A stretch of DNA of 64,000 nt, taken from positions 877,810 through 941,809 of the forward strand of contig OY782858.1 of assembly GCA_963678465.1 (NCBI GenBank), in the 5' to 3' direction. This stretch comes from an uncultured Paludibacter sp. (GTDB taxonomy: Bacteria > Bacteroidota > Bacteroidia > Bacteroidales > Paludibacteraceae). The position numbers and the translations under genes were made by a program. This document shows, one piece after another, positions 22,134-32,744 of this stretch (its first letter is position 1; each line of letters begins with the position of its first letter). Under the pieces are notes generated by a model that worked only from the letters and a program-made list of their open reading frames with translations, searched no databases and was not told where the DNA came from.

Positions 22134-22164
22134 TTATCTTGATTTATTGTTCAGGTATATAGAG

Positions 22165-22195
22165 AGGAGTTATTTTAAATAGCTCCTTTTTTATT
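22165..22195 (+). terminator. Terminator
   Basis: aggagttattt-taaatagctcct followed by a T run. Confidence 0.7.
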
Positions 22196-22598
22196 TTCTT
22201 TTTGCTGATGTAGGATAGTGCTTTTTATACAGTTCAAAAAAGAAAGTATTTTCTATTTTACATAATATGTATTATAGCAAAAAATGTAGATTACTTTTTC
22301 AATTAAAATTCTCTTAATAAAATTGCAGCACAAATTGTAAATGAAATTTATTTTAAAAATATGTATATGCTTTTTATCAAATAGTTATCAAATAGTTTAA
22401 AAATTAAATTCTTTGATAACAAGTATTTTATGATGTTACAACAGAAACAAAAGTCAACAAAAGAAATTGAAGATGATTAGTCTTTTCAGAGTTTTCAGAC
22501 AAATTATTGCATTTATTGTTTCCCTGAAAGCTATTCCATAGTCTTTTACATTACTTTTTTGAGTACTCTCCCCTACTCTATGTGTTTTCTTGATGTTA

Positions 22599-22633
22599 AA
22601 AATCCCATTCCTGAACCAGGAATGGGATTTTTA
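22599..22633 (-). terminator. Terminator of hppA
   Basis: aaaaatcccattcctg-aac-caggaatgggattttt perfect inverted repeat. Confidence 0.8.
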
Positions 22634-22657
22634 ATTCAATTTTTATTAACTATATAC

Positions 22658-24883
22658 TTAGAATAAGCTCCATGCTACAGTCAATCCAGCCATAACGATA
22701 GAAACCATACTCATCAATTTAATAAGGATATTCAATGATGGACCTGAAGTATCTTTAAAAGGATCGCCAACAGTATCACCGGTTACGGCAGCTTTGTGGG
22801 CATCTGAGCCTTTACCTCCAAAGTTACCTTCTTCAATAAATTTCTTGGCATTATCCCATGCCCCACCTGAGTTAGCCATAAATACCGCCAGAATAAATCC
22901 TGTAGAAACACCACCTAACAGTAAGCCCATAACACCTGAAACACCGAAAATAATACCTGTTAGCACCGGAATGAGAATAGCCAACATTGATGGTAACAAC
23001 ATTTCTTTTTGAGCTCCTTTGGTCGAAATTTCAACACAACGCGCATAATCAGGTTCACCTGTACCTTCAAGAATGCCTTTAATTTCGCGGAACTGGCGAC
23101 GTACTTCTTCTACCATGCTTTGAGCTGCACGTCCTACTGCATTCATTGTCAAACCACTGAAAAGAAATGCTGCCATAGAACCAATAAATGCACCAACCAA
23201 TACACGTGGATTCATTAAGTCAACTTTGAAATATTGCATCATTTGAGGTATGGTAGCCTGATGAATATCAACGCCAATAGTATCAAAAAATAATTGAGCT
23301 TTCTCAGGAACGCGAGCCACTGCAATTTTAATTTCTTCCATATACGAAGCCATTAATGCTAAAGCCGTTAAAGCTGCCGAGCCAATAGCAAATCCTTTAC
23401 CTGTAGCAGCTGTAGTATTTCCAAGTGTATCCAAAGCATCGGTACGTTTACGAACTTCAGCACCTAAACCACTCATTTCAGCATTTCCGCCTGCGTTATC
23501 AGCAATCGGACCGTAAGCATCTGTAGCTAGGGTGATTCCTAATGTTGAAAGCATACCTACTGCGGCAATAGCTATACCGTAAAGTCCCATGCTTATATTA
23601 TCGAAATTAAATCCTGAAGCAAAAAGAAAAGCCAGAATAATGGAAGTTCCTACAATAAGTACCGGGAAAGCTGTAGAAATCATACCAGTTCCGATACCTG
23701 AGATGATAACCGTAGCAGGACCTGTTTTGGTAGATTCAGCGATATTTTGAGTAGGTTTATAGGCAGATGAAGTAAAGTATTCGGTAACTTTACCAATTCC
23801 TATACCACCAACCAAACCTGCCAACATCGAAGCCCAAATACCTAAATAATTAGGTATATCAAGATAATAGAGTATTCCTAAAGAGAAAATTGCAATTAAT
23901 ATTGAACTTACGTTTACACCTCTGCTTAGGGCTGCAAGCAATTGTTTTTGTGAAGCGCCTTCTTTGGCTTTTACAAGAAAAATACCAACGATAGAAAGTA
24001 CAATACCCACAGCAGCAATAATCATTGGAGCAATAACACCATTGAATTGTGTTTGAATTCCTAAACCTGCAAAAGCTGTAGCACCAAGCGCAGCTGTCGA
24101 GAGTATAGCACCACAATAAGATTCGTACAAATCGGCACCCATACCGGCAACATCGCCTACATTATCGCCTACGTTATCAGCAATTGTAGCCGGATTGCGT
24201 GGATCATCTTCAGGAATTCCTGCTTCAACTTTACCCACAAGGTCGGCACCAACATCAGCTGCTTTGGTAAAAATACCTCCACCAACACGTGCAAATAAGG
24301 CCTGTGTAGAAGCACCCATACCAAACGTAAGTGTTGTAGTGGTAATGATAATAAGTTTCATCGAAGGATCAGCTGCAATTATCGCATTTGTGGTTGAGTC
24401 TAATGCGCCAATAATATATTGCAATGCATAAAACCAAACTGAAATGTCGAGTAATCCTAAACCAACCACCACTAATCCCATTACTGCACCTGAACGGAAA
24501 GCTAACTGCAAACCATCATTCAATGAACGTTGAGCAGCATTGGCAGCACGAGCCGAAGCGTAAGTGGCAGTCTTCATGCCAAAGAAACCGGCTAAACCAG
24601 AAAAGAAACCACCGGTAATAAATGCGAATGGCACCCATGGGTTTTGAATTTGAAATCCATAAGCCATAATCGCGAAAATAGCTGTGAGAATAACAAATAC
24701 AATGGTAACAACTTTATATTGTTGTTTGAGATAAGCCATAGCGCCCTGACGAACGTATAGAGCAATTTTTTTCATTGTATCTGTTCCTTCGCTTTCTTTC
24801 AACATTTGTTTGAAAAAGTAATAAGCAAAGCCCAGTGCGACAATGGACGCAATTGGCACTAAAAAGAAAATGTTATTTTCCAT
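22658..24883 (-). CDS. hppA: K+-dependent membrane pyrophosphatase (Na+ or Na+/H+ translocating)
   Basis: [45 protein letters not shown] (Ala = K+-dependent), [14 protein letters not shown]. Confidence 0.96.
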   Translation of the reverse strand: MENNIFFLVPIASIVALGFAYYFFKQMLKESEGTDTMKKIALYVRQGAMAYLKQQYKVVTIVFVILTAIFAIMAYGFQIQNPWVPFAFITGGFFSGLAGFFGMKTATYASARAANAAQRSLNDGLQLAFRSGAVMGLVVVGLGLLDISVWFYALQYIIGALDSTTNAIIAADPSMKLIIITTTTLTFGMGASTQALFARVGGGIFTKAADVGADLVGKVEAGIPEDDPRNPATIADNVGDNVGDVAGMGADLYESYCGAILSTAALGATAFAGLGIQTQFNGVIAPMIIAAVGIVLSIVGIFLVKAKEGASQKQLLAALSRGVNVSSILIAIFSLGILYYLDIPNYLGIWASMLAGLVGGIGIGKVTEYFTSSAYKPTQNIAESTKTGPATVIISGIGTGMISTAFPVLIVGTSIILAFLFASGFNFDNISMGLYGIAIAAVGMLSTLGITLATDAYGPIADNAGGNAEMSGLGAEVRKRTDALDTLGNTTAATGKGFAIGSAALTALALMASYMEEIKIAVARVPEKAQLFFDTIGVDIHQATIPQMMQYFKVDLMNPRVLVGAFIGSMAAFLFSGLTMNAVGRAAQSMVEEVRRQFREIKGILEGTGEPDYARCVEISTKGAQKEMLLPSMLAILIPVLTGIIFGVSGVMGLLLGGVSTGFILAVFMANSGGAWDNAKKFIEEGNFGGKGSDAHKAAVTGDTVGDPFKDTSGPSLNILIKLMSMVSIVMAGLTVAWSLF

Positions 24884-25010
24884 AAAATTTAAAAAATGAT
24901 TAATTATTATATTAGATTAGATATATCCGGAATTTAGTTAGAAATCAGTGTGCATTCATCTTAATAAAAATTTAAACCTTTTAAACAAAGAAAACTTGAA
25001 TACCTCATCA

Positions 25011-25754
25011 TTAAATCAGACTAATATATTCGTTTAAAATTGATAGTGAATATTCGCCGGCATGTTGGTTTACAAATCCAATGGCCGAAACATGTGCTTC
25101 TTCGTTGGCATTGTCCGAAATGACACGAATGACAGTCAACGGAACTTCGTAATCATCGCATACCTGTGCTACAGCCGCCCCTTCCATTTCAGCACAAACC
25201 ACCGAAGGCAAATGACGGAGCAATGCATCTTTCATGACTTTGCTCGAAATAAACAAGTCGCCGCTTGCAATGTCTCCTATCACCAGTTTTGGATGCAAAA
25301 TGTTCTGTTCGGCCAATAGTTTTCTGAATTCTTTATTGTTTTTCAGAAAGTTATGCACTGCTTGAGCCATTGTATCGATGTTCTGTCGGGGTATCTCGTA
25401 GGATGTTCTGCCTGTCAGCGGTATTTCGAAACGGCGCATCAATGGTCGGGCATCCATATCGTGCTGATATAAATGTTGTCCGATCACGATATCGCCGATA
25501 TTCAGGTCGGGCGAAATGCCTCCGGCAACGCCTGTAAAGACAATTCTATCGACTTTGAATTCAAGAATCAGATGAGTAGCAGTTGTAGCAGCCGCCACTT
25601 TGCCCCAACGCGAAAAAACAGCAACCACTTCCTGACCGGAAAGTATCCCTTTGTAATAAATACGGCTTCCTCTTTCAATAATTTCTTTATTGGATATGGC
25701 CGATATAATTTTATTCATTTCTTCGGGCATTGCACCCATTATTCCAAGCAGCAT
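25011..25754 (-). CDS. mtnN: 5'-methylthioadenosine/SAH nucleosidase
   Basis: GIMGAMPEE, GKVAAA, TGVAGG, EMEGAAVAQVC, IRVISDNA. Confidence 0.92.
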   Translation of the reverse strand: MLLGIMGAMPEEMNKIISAISNKEIIERGSRIYYKGILSGQEVVAVFSRWGKVAAATTATHLILEFKVDRIVFTGVAGGISPDLNIGDIVIGQHLYQHDMDARPLMRRFEIPLTGRTSYEIPRQNIDTMAQAVHNFLKNNKEFRKLLAEQNILHPKLVIGDIASGDLFISSKVMKDALLRHLPSVVCAEMEGAAVAQVCDDYEVPLTVIRVISDNANEEAHVSAIGFVNQHAGEYSLSILNEYISLI

Positions 25755-25779
25755 GTTCTGAGTTTTTAAAATGAGTAAT

Positions 25780-27018
25780 TTACTTTTCGTCGGTCAAAAT
25801 ATTTTTTATCCGCTGATACATAGTTGGATGCGAATAATTGAAAAAAACATATAACGGATGTGGTGTAAGGTTGCTGAGCGATGTGGCCGAAAGCTTTTTA
25901 AGTCCGGAAATCAGTGAGGCTCCGAATCCGTTTTCCGAAGCATAATGATCGGCCTGATATTCGAATTTGCGCGATAACCAATTACCAAATAAATCCAAAA
26001 CAGTTGATATAGGAGAATATAAAATGCCAAAAGCAAGAATATTTAAATGGAAGTTAGCCGAAGTGCCGCCAAGTGCCTGAGCCAATGCATTGCTTTTCAG
26101 AAAAATGCCAAGTAAAAAGAAAAGAAACAACGAAGATGGTAGCGAGACCAGCAGGTTTTTCAGCGTGTGTTTATGTTTATAGTGGCCAATTTCGTGTGCC
26201 AGAACAGCTACTATTTCATCTGTTGTCATTTTATCCATCAATGTATCGTAGAGTACGATGCGTTTTTTAGGACCAAATCCTGTAAAATACGCATTGGCTT
26301 TTGTCGATCGCTTCGATCCATCGATAACATAAATGTTTTTAAGTTTAAAATTAGCTTTCGAAGCAAATTTTTGGATGTTATCGCGCAGTTCGCCTGCTTC
26401 AAGAGGAGTTTGCTTGTTGAAGAGCGGAACGATAAGTTCGGAATAGAACATGCTCATGAACAGACTAAAAACAGTAATTACCGACCAGGCAATGATCCAA
26501 AAATAGTCAGGAGTAAGCAAATAAATGCTTATAATAAGGTAAAACAATCCGCCACCAATCAGGGCAGTTATAACGTATCCTTTAAGTTTATCAGTAATAA
26601 AAATGAGTGGCGTTACTTTATTGAATCCGAATCGTTGTTCGATTACAAAAGTGTCGTACCAGCTGAATGGAATTGTAATTAAATCGCTAGCAAGGAATAG
26701 AATGCCGAAAAAAGCCAGCGATTTCAGTATTTCGCTCGCTATAAAAGCACTCAGGTACTGATCGAGCCAGCCGAAACCGCCGAATGCGTACATCAAAAAC
26801 ATGATAACAAAGCTGAATGTGCTGCTTATGATGCCGAACTTTGAATTGGTACGGAAATACCCCTGTTGTCGGTTGTATTTCTCAGTATCATATATATCTG
26901 AAAGAATATCCGGAAGTTTATTTTTTGAATGCTTTAAATTGAGGTAGGAAAGACAACGCTCCAGGCCGAAATCGGCAACGAGTATAAAAATAATTGCAAA
27001 AAAGAGAATTTGCACCAT
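25780..27018 (-). CDS. M48 (Ste24-like) membrane metallopeptidase
   Basis: DGSKRSTKANAYFTG, LAHEIGH (HEXXH), FEYQAD, YSHP; start moved to MVQILFF. Confidence 0.92.
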   Translation of the reverse strand: MVQILFFAIIFILVADFGLERCLSYLNLKHSKNKLPDILSDIYDTEKYNRQQGYFRTNSKFGIISSTFSFVIMFLMYAFGGFGWLDQYLSAFIASEILKSLAFFGILFLASDLITIPFSWYDTFVIEQRFGFNKVTPLIFITDKLKGYVITALIGGGLFYLIISIYLLTPDYFWIIAWSVITVFSLFMSMFYSELIVPLFNKQTPLEAGELRDNIQKFASKANFKLKNIYVIDGSKRSTKANAYFTGFGPKKRIVLYDTLMDKMTTDEIVAVLAHEIGHYKHKHTLKNLLVSLPSSLFLFFLLGIFLKSNALAQALGGTSANFHLNILAFGILYSPISTVLDLFGNWLSRKFEYQADHYASENGFGASLISGLKKLSATSLSNLTPHPLYVFFNYSHPTMYQRIKNILTDEK

Positions 27019-27148
27019 ATCAAATAAAAAGATAGTTCTGATTTTATTGAAAGGACAAATATACAATTAATCTTTCATTTAACAAAGCATATTTGTGTCA
27101 ATTTGCACAAAAAAACTATCTTTGTGTCTTAAATTATTAGGTGATGCT

Positions 27149-28336
27149 ATGAAAATGTACACTTTGGTTTTTATCCTTTTGTTATTCATGCTTGTAATAC
27201 CGGATATATTCTTCTATTTCAAGTTGAAGAACAGTAAAACCAAGCCCATATTTATAATATTACACCTATTAGGAGCTTTGTTTTTTACGGCTGCCTTTAT
27301 CTACGTAAAATTCGGAATGGAGTACTCGCAGAATTTCCGGATTGTAGGATGGATTATGTGGATGTATTTTTTCTTTTTGCTTATTTATATCCCTAAGCTC
27401 ATTCATATTATCTTTTACTTTTTCAACTTTATATTTAAAAAAATATACAAACGAGACACGAGTTATTTCAACTATATAAGGATTCCTCTTAGTATTTTTA
27501 TAATAGTTGTAATGCTTGTGAGTGCTTATATTACGCCCCGAAACTTTGAAGTGAACGAAGTAGAAGTTGCGATTCCCAATTTGCCGGCAGCATTCGATGG
27601 CTATCGGATTGCTCAGATTTCCGACATTCATTTGGGCAGTTGGGGTGCTAAATACAGTAAACTCAAAACGGTTGTAAGGCTTATCAACAAGCAGCAGCCG
27701 GACATTATTGTCTTCACTGGCGACATGGTGAATAATTTTTCGGGCGAAACTAAAGGTTGGGCGCCTTATTTTAGTGAATTAAATAAAAAAAGTGCTAAAT
27801 TTGCAGTCCTCGGAAATCACGACTACGGCGATTACACCGATTGGCGCAATGAAGAGGAAAGAATACAGAATAGAGTGCAGATTAACAAGGCAATTACCGA
27901 CTTTGGTTTTAGATTGTTGCTCAACGAAAATGTATATCTCAGAAAAGGAACTGACAGCTTACTGTTGGTAGGCGTTGAAAACTGGGGCAAATCCGAAAAA
28001 GCGCGTTATTCCGATCTAAGGAAAGCACTGAAAGGTAGTTCGGCTACCGAACCAAAAATTCTGCTTTCGCACGACCCAAATCATTGGGAAGCAGAAGTGA
28101 TAGGACGTAAAGACATAGTGCTGACTTTGGCCGGACATACACATGCTGCACAGCTTGGCGTAAAAGTGGGAAACCGGTTGTTTTCGCCAGCTGCTTTTGT
28201 GTTCAAGTATTGGGAAGGATTATACAAAGTAAATCAACAATATCTTTATGTTAATCGGGGCATTGGTTATATTGGATTGCCTATGCAGATAGGCGTACAA
28301 CCCGAAATCACAATTATAGTTTTAAGACGCAAATAA
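27149..28336 (+). CDS. Membrane-anchored metallophosphoesterase
   Basis: N-terminal TM helices; SDIHLG, TGDMVN, GNHD, LSHDP, LAGHTH. Confidence 0.9.
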   Translation: MKMYTLVFILLLFMLVIPDIFFYFKLKNSKTKPIFIILHLLGALFFTAAFIYVKFGMEYSQNFRIVGWIMWMYFFFLLIYIPKLIHIIFYFFNFIFKKIYKRDTSYFNYIRIPLSIFIIVVMLVSAYITPRNFEVNEVEVAIPNLPAAFDGYRIAQISDIHLGSWGAKYSKLKTVVRLINKQQPDIIVFTGDMVNNFSGETKGWAPYFSELNKKSAKFAVLGNHDYGDYTDWRNEEERIQNRVQINKAITDFGFRLLLNENVYLRKGTDSLLLVGVENWGKSEKARYSDLRKALKGSSATEPKILLSHDPNHWEAEVIGRKDIVLTLAGHTHAAQLGVKVGNRLFSPAAFVFKYWEGLYKVNQQYLYVNRGIGYIGLPMQIGVQPEITIIVLRRK

Positions 28337-28409
28337 AAAACACACAGTTTGTTCTGTATTAATAAATTTAATTCCAATCAATATGGATATGCCTTGTAAA
28401 AAATCACAA

Positions 28410-29354
28410 ATGCGCCCGATATATATTTTATTTATCATTTTCTGTTGTTTTTCGTGCAAGGAGCAGAAATCGGATACAATAAGAATTGGAGTGCTTAATG
28501 GACCAACGGCCATAAGTTTTATTCAGCTTATCGACAAACCTCTGATGATTGATGGAAAGAGAACTGAAATTATCTTCAAAAGCGATCCTCAGCAAATTCA
28601 GGCATTGATGATGCGCAACGAACTTGACTTTGCAGTTTTGCCTACGGTAATGGCTGCAAATTTATACAACAAAGATGTTGATTTTAAAATCGTTGCTATA
28701 CCTGTGTGGGGAACTTTATATTTACTCTCGAACCAGCCCGGGATAAAATCATTTGCCGATTTAGAAGGAAAAACAATCTCTGTATTCGGACAAGGCGCCA
28801 CGCCCGACATTTTGTTGCAACGCTATATTGAATACAATCAGTTGAATGCCGTAAAAATTGATTACAGCTACAGTGGAAATAGCGATTTAGCGCATGCATT
28901 GCTTCATAAAAAAGTAAAAATTGCAGTCTTATCGGAGCCTTTGGTCAGCAGTTTACTTGCAAGGGACTCAACAATAAAGATGATATCGAAACTCGATTGC
29001 GAATATTTTTTTCACAATTCGAATGTTGACATCTTCGCACAGACTTCATTTCTTGTAAATAGCAAATTTATAGAAGATTATGATTCCGAAATACACAAAC
29101 TCACCGAAGCTTATGCGCAGAGTTGTAACTTCGTTAACGAAGAGCCCGAAAAGGCAATTGACCTGCTGCTGAAACACAAATTAATAATGGATAGAACCGA
29201 AGCACGCATAGCGCTTCCTTTGTGCAATATCCATTATGTTGGTGCATTTGCTGTGGAGCGTGAATTGATGGAATATCTGAATATTTTTTACGAATACAGC
29301 CCTAAAAGCATAGGTGGTAAATTGCCTCCACGCAATATTATTTATCAGCCCTGA
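28410..29354 (+). CDS. ABC transporter substrate-binding lipoprotein (NitT/TauT-like)
   Basis: Lipobox FSC; LEGKTISVFGQGATPD; AVLSEP; lies upstream of a permease/ATPase. Confidence 0.75.
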   Translation: MRPIYILFIIFCCFSCKEQKSDTIRIGVLNGPTAISFIQLIDKPLMIDGKRTEIIFKSDPQQIQALMMRNELDFAVLPTVMAANLYNKDVDFKIVAIPVWGTLYLLSNQPGIKSFADLEGKTISVFGQGATPDILLQRYIEYNQLNAVKIDYSYSGNSDLAHALLHKKVKIAVLSEPLVSSLLARDSTIKMISKLDCEYFFHNSNVDIFAQTSFLVNSKFIEDYDSEIHKLTEAYAQSCNFVNEEPEKAIDLLLKHKLIMDRTEARIALPLCNIHYVGAFAVERELMEYLNIFYEYSPKSIGGKLPPRNIIYQP

Positions 29355-29448
29355 TAGTTGAAAACGGTATTTTCTAAAGAATACTTGAAATCAACTATTT
29401 ATAGGCCTTAAACTTATTCTGTTTCAGCAACCGGACGATCATACGAAA

Positions 29449-30834
29449 ATGAGAAAACGCCTACCTACTTTTTTGTCTGTTGCGCTACTTCTGTTGATGT
29501 GGCAGCTGGTGGCAATGTACATTGGGTATCCTGCGCTCTTCCCTCCCCTCCCCGATTTGCTTCTGAACACAGCCAGCTTGTTTGTGCTGCCTGACTTTTA
29601 TGCCTCCATCGGAGCTACAATTGGCCGGGGAATGGTTGGTTTCGTCATTTCGTTCATTACTGCTTTTATTTGTGCATTATTGTCGGCCAATTCAGGGTTT
29701 TGGAAAGATTTTTTTCATCCCATTTTGGTTGTTATCCGTTCTGTACCTGTCATTTCGCTTGTATTAATTGCATTGCTATGGTTTTCGCCCAATCAACTGC
29801 CGGTTTTTATTGCCTTATTGACAATGTGGCCGGTGCTGTACCAAAACACGCTGAATGGGTTGGAAAGTACCGATGAGCGACTCGTGGAAATGGCACGCAT
29901 TTTTGGAAAAACAAAAATGCAGCGATTGGAACATATTTATCTGCCTTCGGCAAAAAATCTTATTTTCAGTGGCATAAGTACCGCCATGGGTTTCGGGTGG
30001 CGAGCGGTCATTATTGGCGAAGTATTGTCGCAGCCGTTTAGGGGCATTGGTACAGGCATGAAAACAGCGCAGGCCTATATCAATATCTCGGATTTAATTG
30101 CCTGGACTGTAGTTGCTATATTGATCAGTTATTTGTTCGAGCATATTATTAAATACATAGGTCGCATTAAGTTGGCTTATCGGCCTGTAACAAATTCGAA
30201 AAAACAAATGCCTCTTAAAAATAAAGAAATTAAACTTCAGCATTTAGCCAAAAGCTTTAATGGCGTTAAGGTGCTCGACGATTTTTCGTATACATTTGAT
30301 TCATCTGTAGTCACCTGCATTAAATCTCCCTCAGGAAGCGGAAAGTCAACTTTGCTCAAGCTGATAGGTGGCATTGAAAAAGCCGACAAAGGCAGCACAG
30401 CATATAACGATAATTACAGTTTTGCATACTCGTTTCAGGACCTGCGTTTATTGCCCTGGCTCACAGTATTCGAAAACGTGATGTTCGGCATCAACATTTC
30501 AAAAGAGGAACACAAAGCAGCCGAAGAAAGATGCCGTGATTTCATCGCTAAAGTGGGACTTAGCGACCACATGGGCAAATATCCGCACGAGTTAAGCGGT
30601 GGCGAACAACAAAGAGTTGGTTTGGTACGCGCATTAGCAGCGCAGAGCGATGTACTTTTGCTCGATGAACCGCTTACAGGGCTCGATGCTGAATTGAAAT
30701 TGAAAATTATTGCGTTGCTAGAGGATTGGATAGCTGAACATAAACCTTTGGTGATCTGGGCTACGCACGAAAATATAATGTCGGACAAAGTGGAGATAAA
30801 AAGTATTGAAAAATTGAATCAGCTAACGATATAA
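29449..30834 (+). CDS. Fused ABC permease + ATP-binding protein
   Basis: N half is TauC/SsuC-like (EMARIFG EAA loop, GWRAVIIGE); C half has SPSGSGKST, LSGGEQQR, LLLDEP, ATH. Confidence 0.88.
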   Translation: MRKRLPTFLSVALLLLMWQLVAMYIGYPALFPPLPDLLLNTASLFVLPDFYASIGATIGRGMVGFVISFITAFICALLSANSGFWKDFFHPILVVIRSVPVISLVLIALLWFSPNQLPVFIALLTMWPVLYQNTLNGLESTDERLVEMARIFGKTKMQRLEHIYLPSAKNLIFSGISTAMGFGWRAVIIGEVLSQPFRGIGTGMKTAQAYINISDLIAWTVVAILISYLFEHIIKYIGRIKLAYRPVTNSKKQMPLKNKEIKLQHLAKSFNGVKVLDDFSYTFDSSVVTCIKSPSGSGKSTLLKLIGGIEKADKGSTAYNDNYSFAYSFQDLRLLPWLTVFENVMFGINISKEEHKAAEERCRDFIAKVGLSDHMGKYPHELSGGEQQRVGLVRALAAQSDVLLLDEPLTGLDAELKLKIIALLEDWIAEHKPLVIWATHENIMSDKVEIKSIEKLNQLTI

Positions 30835-30938
30835 GGAATTCAGGTCTCCCTCTCCCCTATCGTTTTTTTAGTTTTCTGATCTCTGTTTTAGTTATTTATA
30901 AATACCTGTAAGGTATAAAACTTTCGAACATAAAAGCT

Positions 30939-30946
30939 TATCTTTG
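30939..30946 (+). promoter_or_regulatory. -7 promoter box (TATCTTTG) for tilS
   Basis: TAnnTTTG 48 nt upstream of the ATG. Confidence 0.6.
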
Positions 30947-30993
30947 TATTGCCAATCAACTGATCCTGATCAGATCATAATATCATAAGTAGT

Positions 30994-32322
30994 ATGAAAA
31001 AGAAAGTCCAAAACTTTATCGACAGCGAAGGGTTATTGACCCCAAACGCGCAAGTCATTGTAGGTGTAAGTGGTGGAGCCGATTCAGTGGCCTTGCTGCA
31101 CCTGCTTCACTCGCTTGGATACAACTGTGTGGTAGCACATTGCAATTTTCATTTGAGAATGGAAGAGTCCGACAGGGACGAAAACTTTGTCCGTACCTTA
31201 GCTGCTGAAATGAAGATTCCATTTGAGAACGTTCATTTTCAGACTGCCGAATATGCTAAAATGGCTAAAGTTTCGATAGAAATGGCGGCACGCGATTTAC
31301 GTTATGCCTGGTTTACCGAGGTTTGCAGTAGCTACAATGCTCAGGCCATTGCCATTGCCCATCATGCAGACGATAGCATCGAAACTTTGTTGATGCATTT
31401 GGTGCGAGGCACAGGGCTGAGAGGCATGTCGGGTATTCCGGTGCGCAACGGAAAGGTCATTCGTCCACTGCTTTGCTGTTCGCGCGAAGAGATCCTCGAA
31501 TACCTGATGAAGTACGATCTTGATTATGTTGAAGATTCAACCAATGCCTTGTCGGACTACACGCGCAATAAATTCCGGAACGAAGTAATTCCCCTGCTCG
31601 AAACAATAAATCCTTCGGTGCGTCGGGTACTCTACTCTACTTTCAGGCGCTTCACAGGCATTCAATCGGTGTACGATAAACGCATAGCCGAAATTAAAAG
31701 CAGTATCACAAAGGACGATGGTAAAACCTTTAGCATAGAGATAGAAAAACTAAAGCAACAGGCCGATGTTCCCACCATTTTGTTCGAATTGTTGTATCCT
31801 TATGATTTTCATCCCGATCAGGTAGCCAAAATTGCGCAGCACATAGTAGATGGACACGCCGGAAAGATTTTTTATTCCGATACCTACCGTCTTATAAAAG
31901 ACCGTAAATATCTGCTTGTTTCCGAAAAAGTTGAAGGCGAAAACGGTGAATACACTATAAGCGACCATTGCGATGAACTGCTGCTGCCCCGTCATCTCCG
32001 CATCAGGCGATTAAAAAATGATGCCGGCTTCGAAGTGTCGCGCGAAGCCAATCGCATTCATTTGGATGCCGACAGGCTCACTTTTCCGCTGATGCTCCGC
32101 AACTGGCGCATAGGCGATAGTTTTATTCCTTTCGGTATGCGGGGACATAAAAAGTTGAGCGACTTCTTTACAGACCACAAACTGAGCCTTGCCGAAAAAG
32201 AACAAGTATTAGTGCTTACTTCCGACGACAAAATCGTCTGGGTTTTGGGCCTTCGCACCGACGACCGTTTTAAAATTACAAGCAAAACCAAACAAGTGCT
32301 CGAAATAAGCATGCTGGAATAA
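30994..32322 (+). CDS. tilS: tRNA(Ile)-lysidine synthase
   Basis: VGVSGGADS, AHCNFHLR, ARDLRY, AHHADD, RPLL, RNKFR, KKLSDFF. Confidence 0.96.
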   Translation: MKKKVQNFIDSEGLLTPNAQVIVGVSGGADSVALLHLLHSLGYNCVVAHCNFHLRMEESDRDENFVRTLAAEMKIPFENVHFQTAEYAKMAKVSIEMAARDLRYAWFTEVCSSYNAQAIAIAHHADDSIETLLMHLVRGTGLRGMSGIPVRNGKVIRPLLCCSREEILEYLMKYDLDYVEDSTNALSDYTRNKFRNEVIPLLETINPSVRRVLYSTFRRFTGIQSVYDKRIAEIKSSITKDDGKTFSIEIEKLKQQADVPTILFELLYPYDFHPDQVAKIAQHIVDGHAGKIFYSDTYRLIKDRKYLLVSEKVEGENGEYTISDHCDELLLPRHLRIRRLKNDAGFEVSREANRIHLDADRLTFPLMLRNWRIGDSFIPFGMRGHKKLSDFFTDHKLSLAEKEQVLVLTSDDKIVWVLGLRTDDRFKITSKTKQVLEISMLE

Positions 32323-32345
32323 AGGGAAAGGCTCTTGGTGCCGGA

Positions 32346-32723
32346 TTGACATCTATGGATGGCAGAATAGCATCTCATGGTAGCAGGTTGGCAACTCTCG
32401 ATGCCGGATTGACATCTATGGATGGCAGAATAGCATCTTTGGGTAGCAGGTTGGCAACTCTTGATGCCGGAATGACATCTATGGATGGCAGAATAGCATC
32501 TTTGGGTATCAGGTTGGCAACTCTTGATGCCGGAATGACATCTCAGGATAGCAATATAGCATCTCTTAGTGCCAATATCGCATCTCACGGTACCGAATTG
32601 ACATCTCAGGATAGCAATATAGCATCTCATGGTGCCAATATCGCATCTCACGGTACCGAATTGACATCTCAGGATGGCAATATCGCATCTCACGGTACCG
32701 ATATCGCATCTCACGGTGTCAGG
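32346..32723. repeat. Tandem array of 18 x 21-bp units with a 63-bp higher-order period
   Basis: Units such as ttgacatctatggatggcaga / atagcatctcatggtagcagg / ttggcaactctcgatgccgga repeated three times, then a second 63-bp family twice, then 3 trailing units. Confidence 0.95.
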
Positions 32724-32744
32724 AAGTTTATTGATGCATCATAA
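32346..32744 (+). CDS. Possible heptad-repeat coiled-coil peptide encoded by the array
   Basis: Frame open through the array with L/I/M at every 7th residue; only weak starts (TTG or internal ATG); overlaps the convergent gene end by 17 nt. Confidence 0.3.
   Translation: MTSMDGRIASHGSRLATLDAGLTSMDGRIASLGSRLATLDAGMTSMDGRIASLGIRLATLDAGMTSQDSNIASLSANIASHGTELTSQDSNIASHGANIASHGTELTSQDGNIASHGTDIASHGVRKFIDAS

Noticed and set aside
22374-22397. Direct repeat ttatcaaatag x2
   Set aside because: Only two copies in very AT-rich DNA; not distinguishable from chance or slippage.
24884-25010. Sodium riboswitch upstream of hppA
   Set aside because: AT-rich with no stable stems or conserved motif.
32274-32345. 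Programmed -1 frameshift extending TilS into the heptad repeat
   Set aside because: The repeat frame is open from 32274, but no X XXY YYZ slippery site is present, and TilS ends normally.
32058-32714. 218-aa Cys-rich minus-strand ORF
   Set aside because: Antisense reading of the 21-bp array that runs 265 nt into tilS; unlikely to be a real gene.
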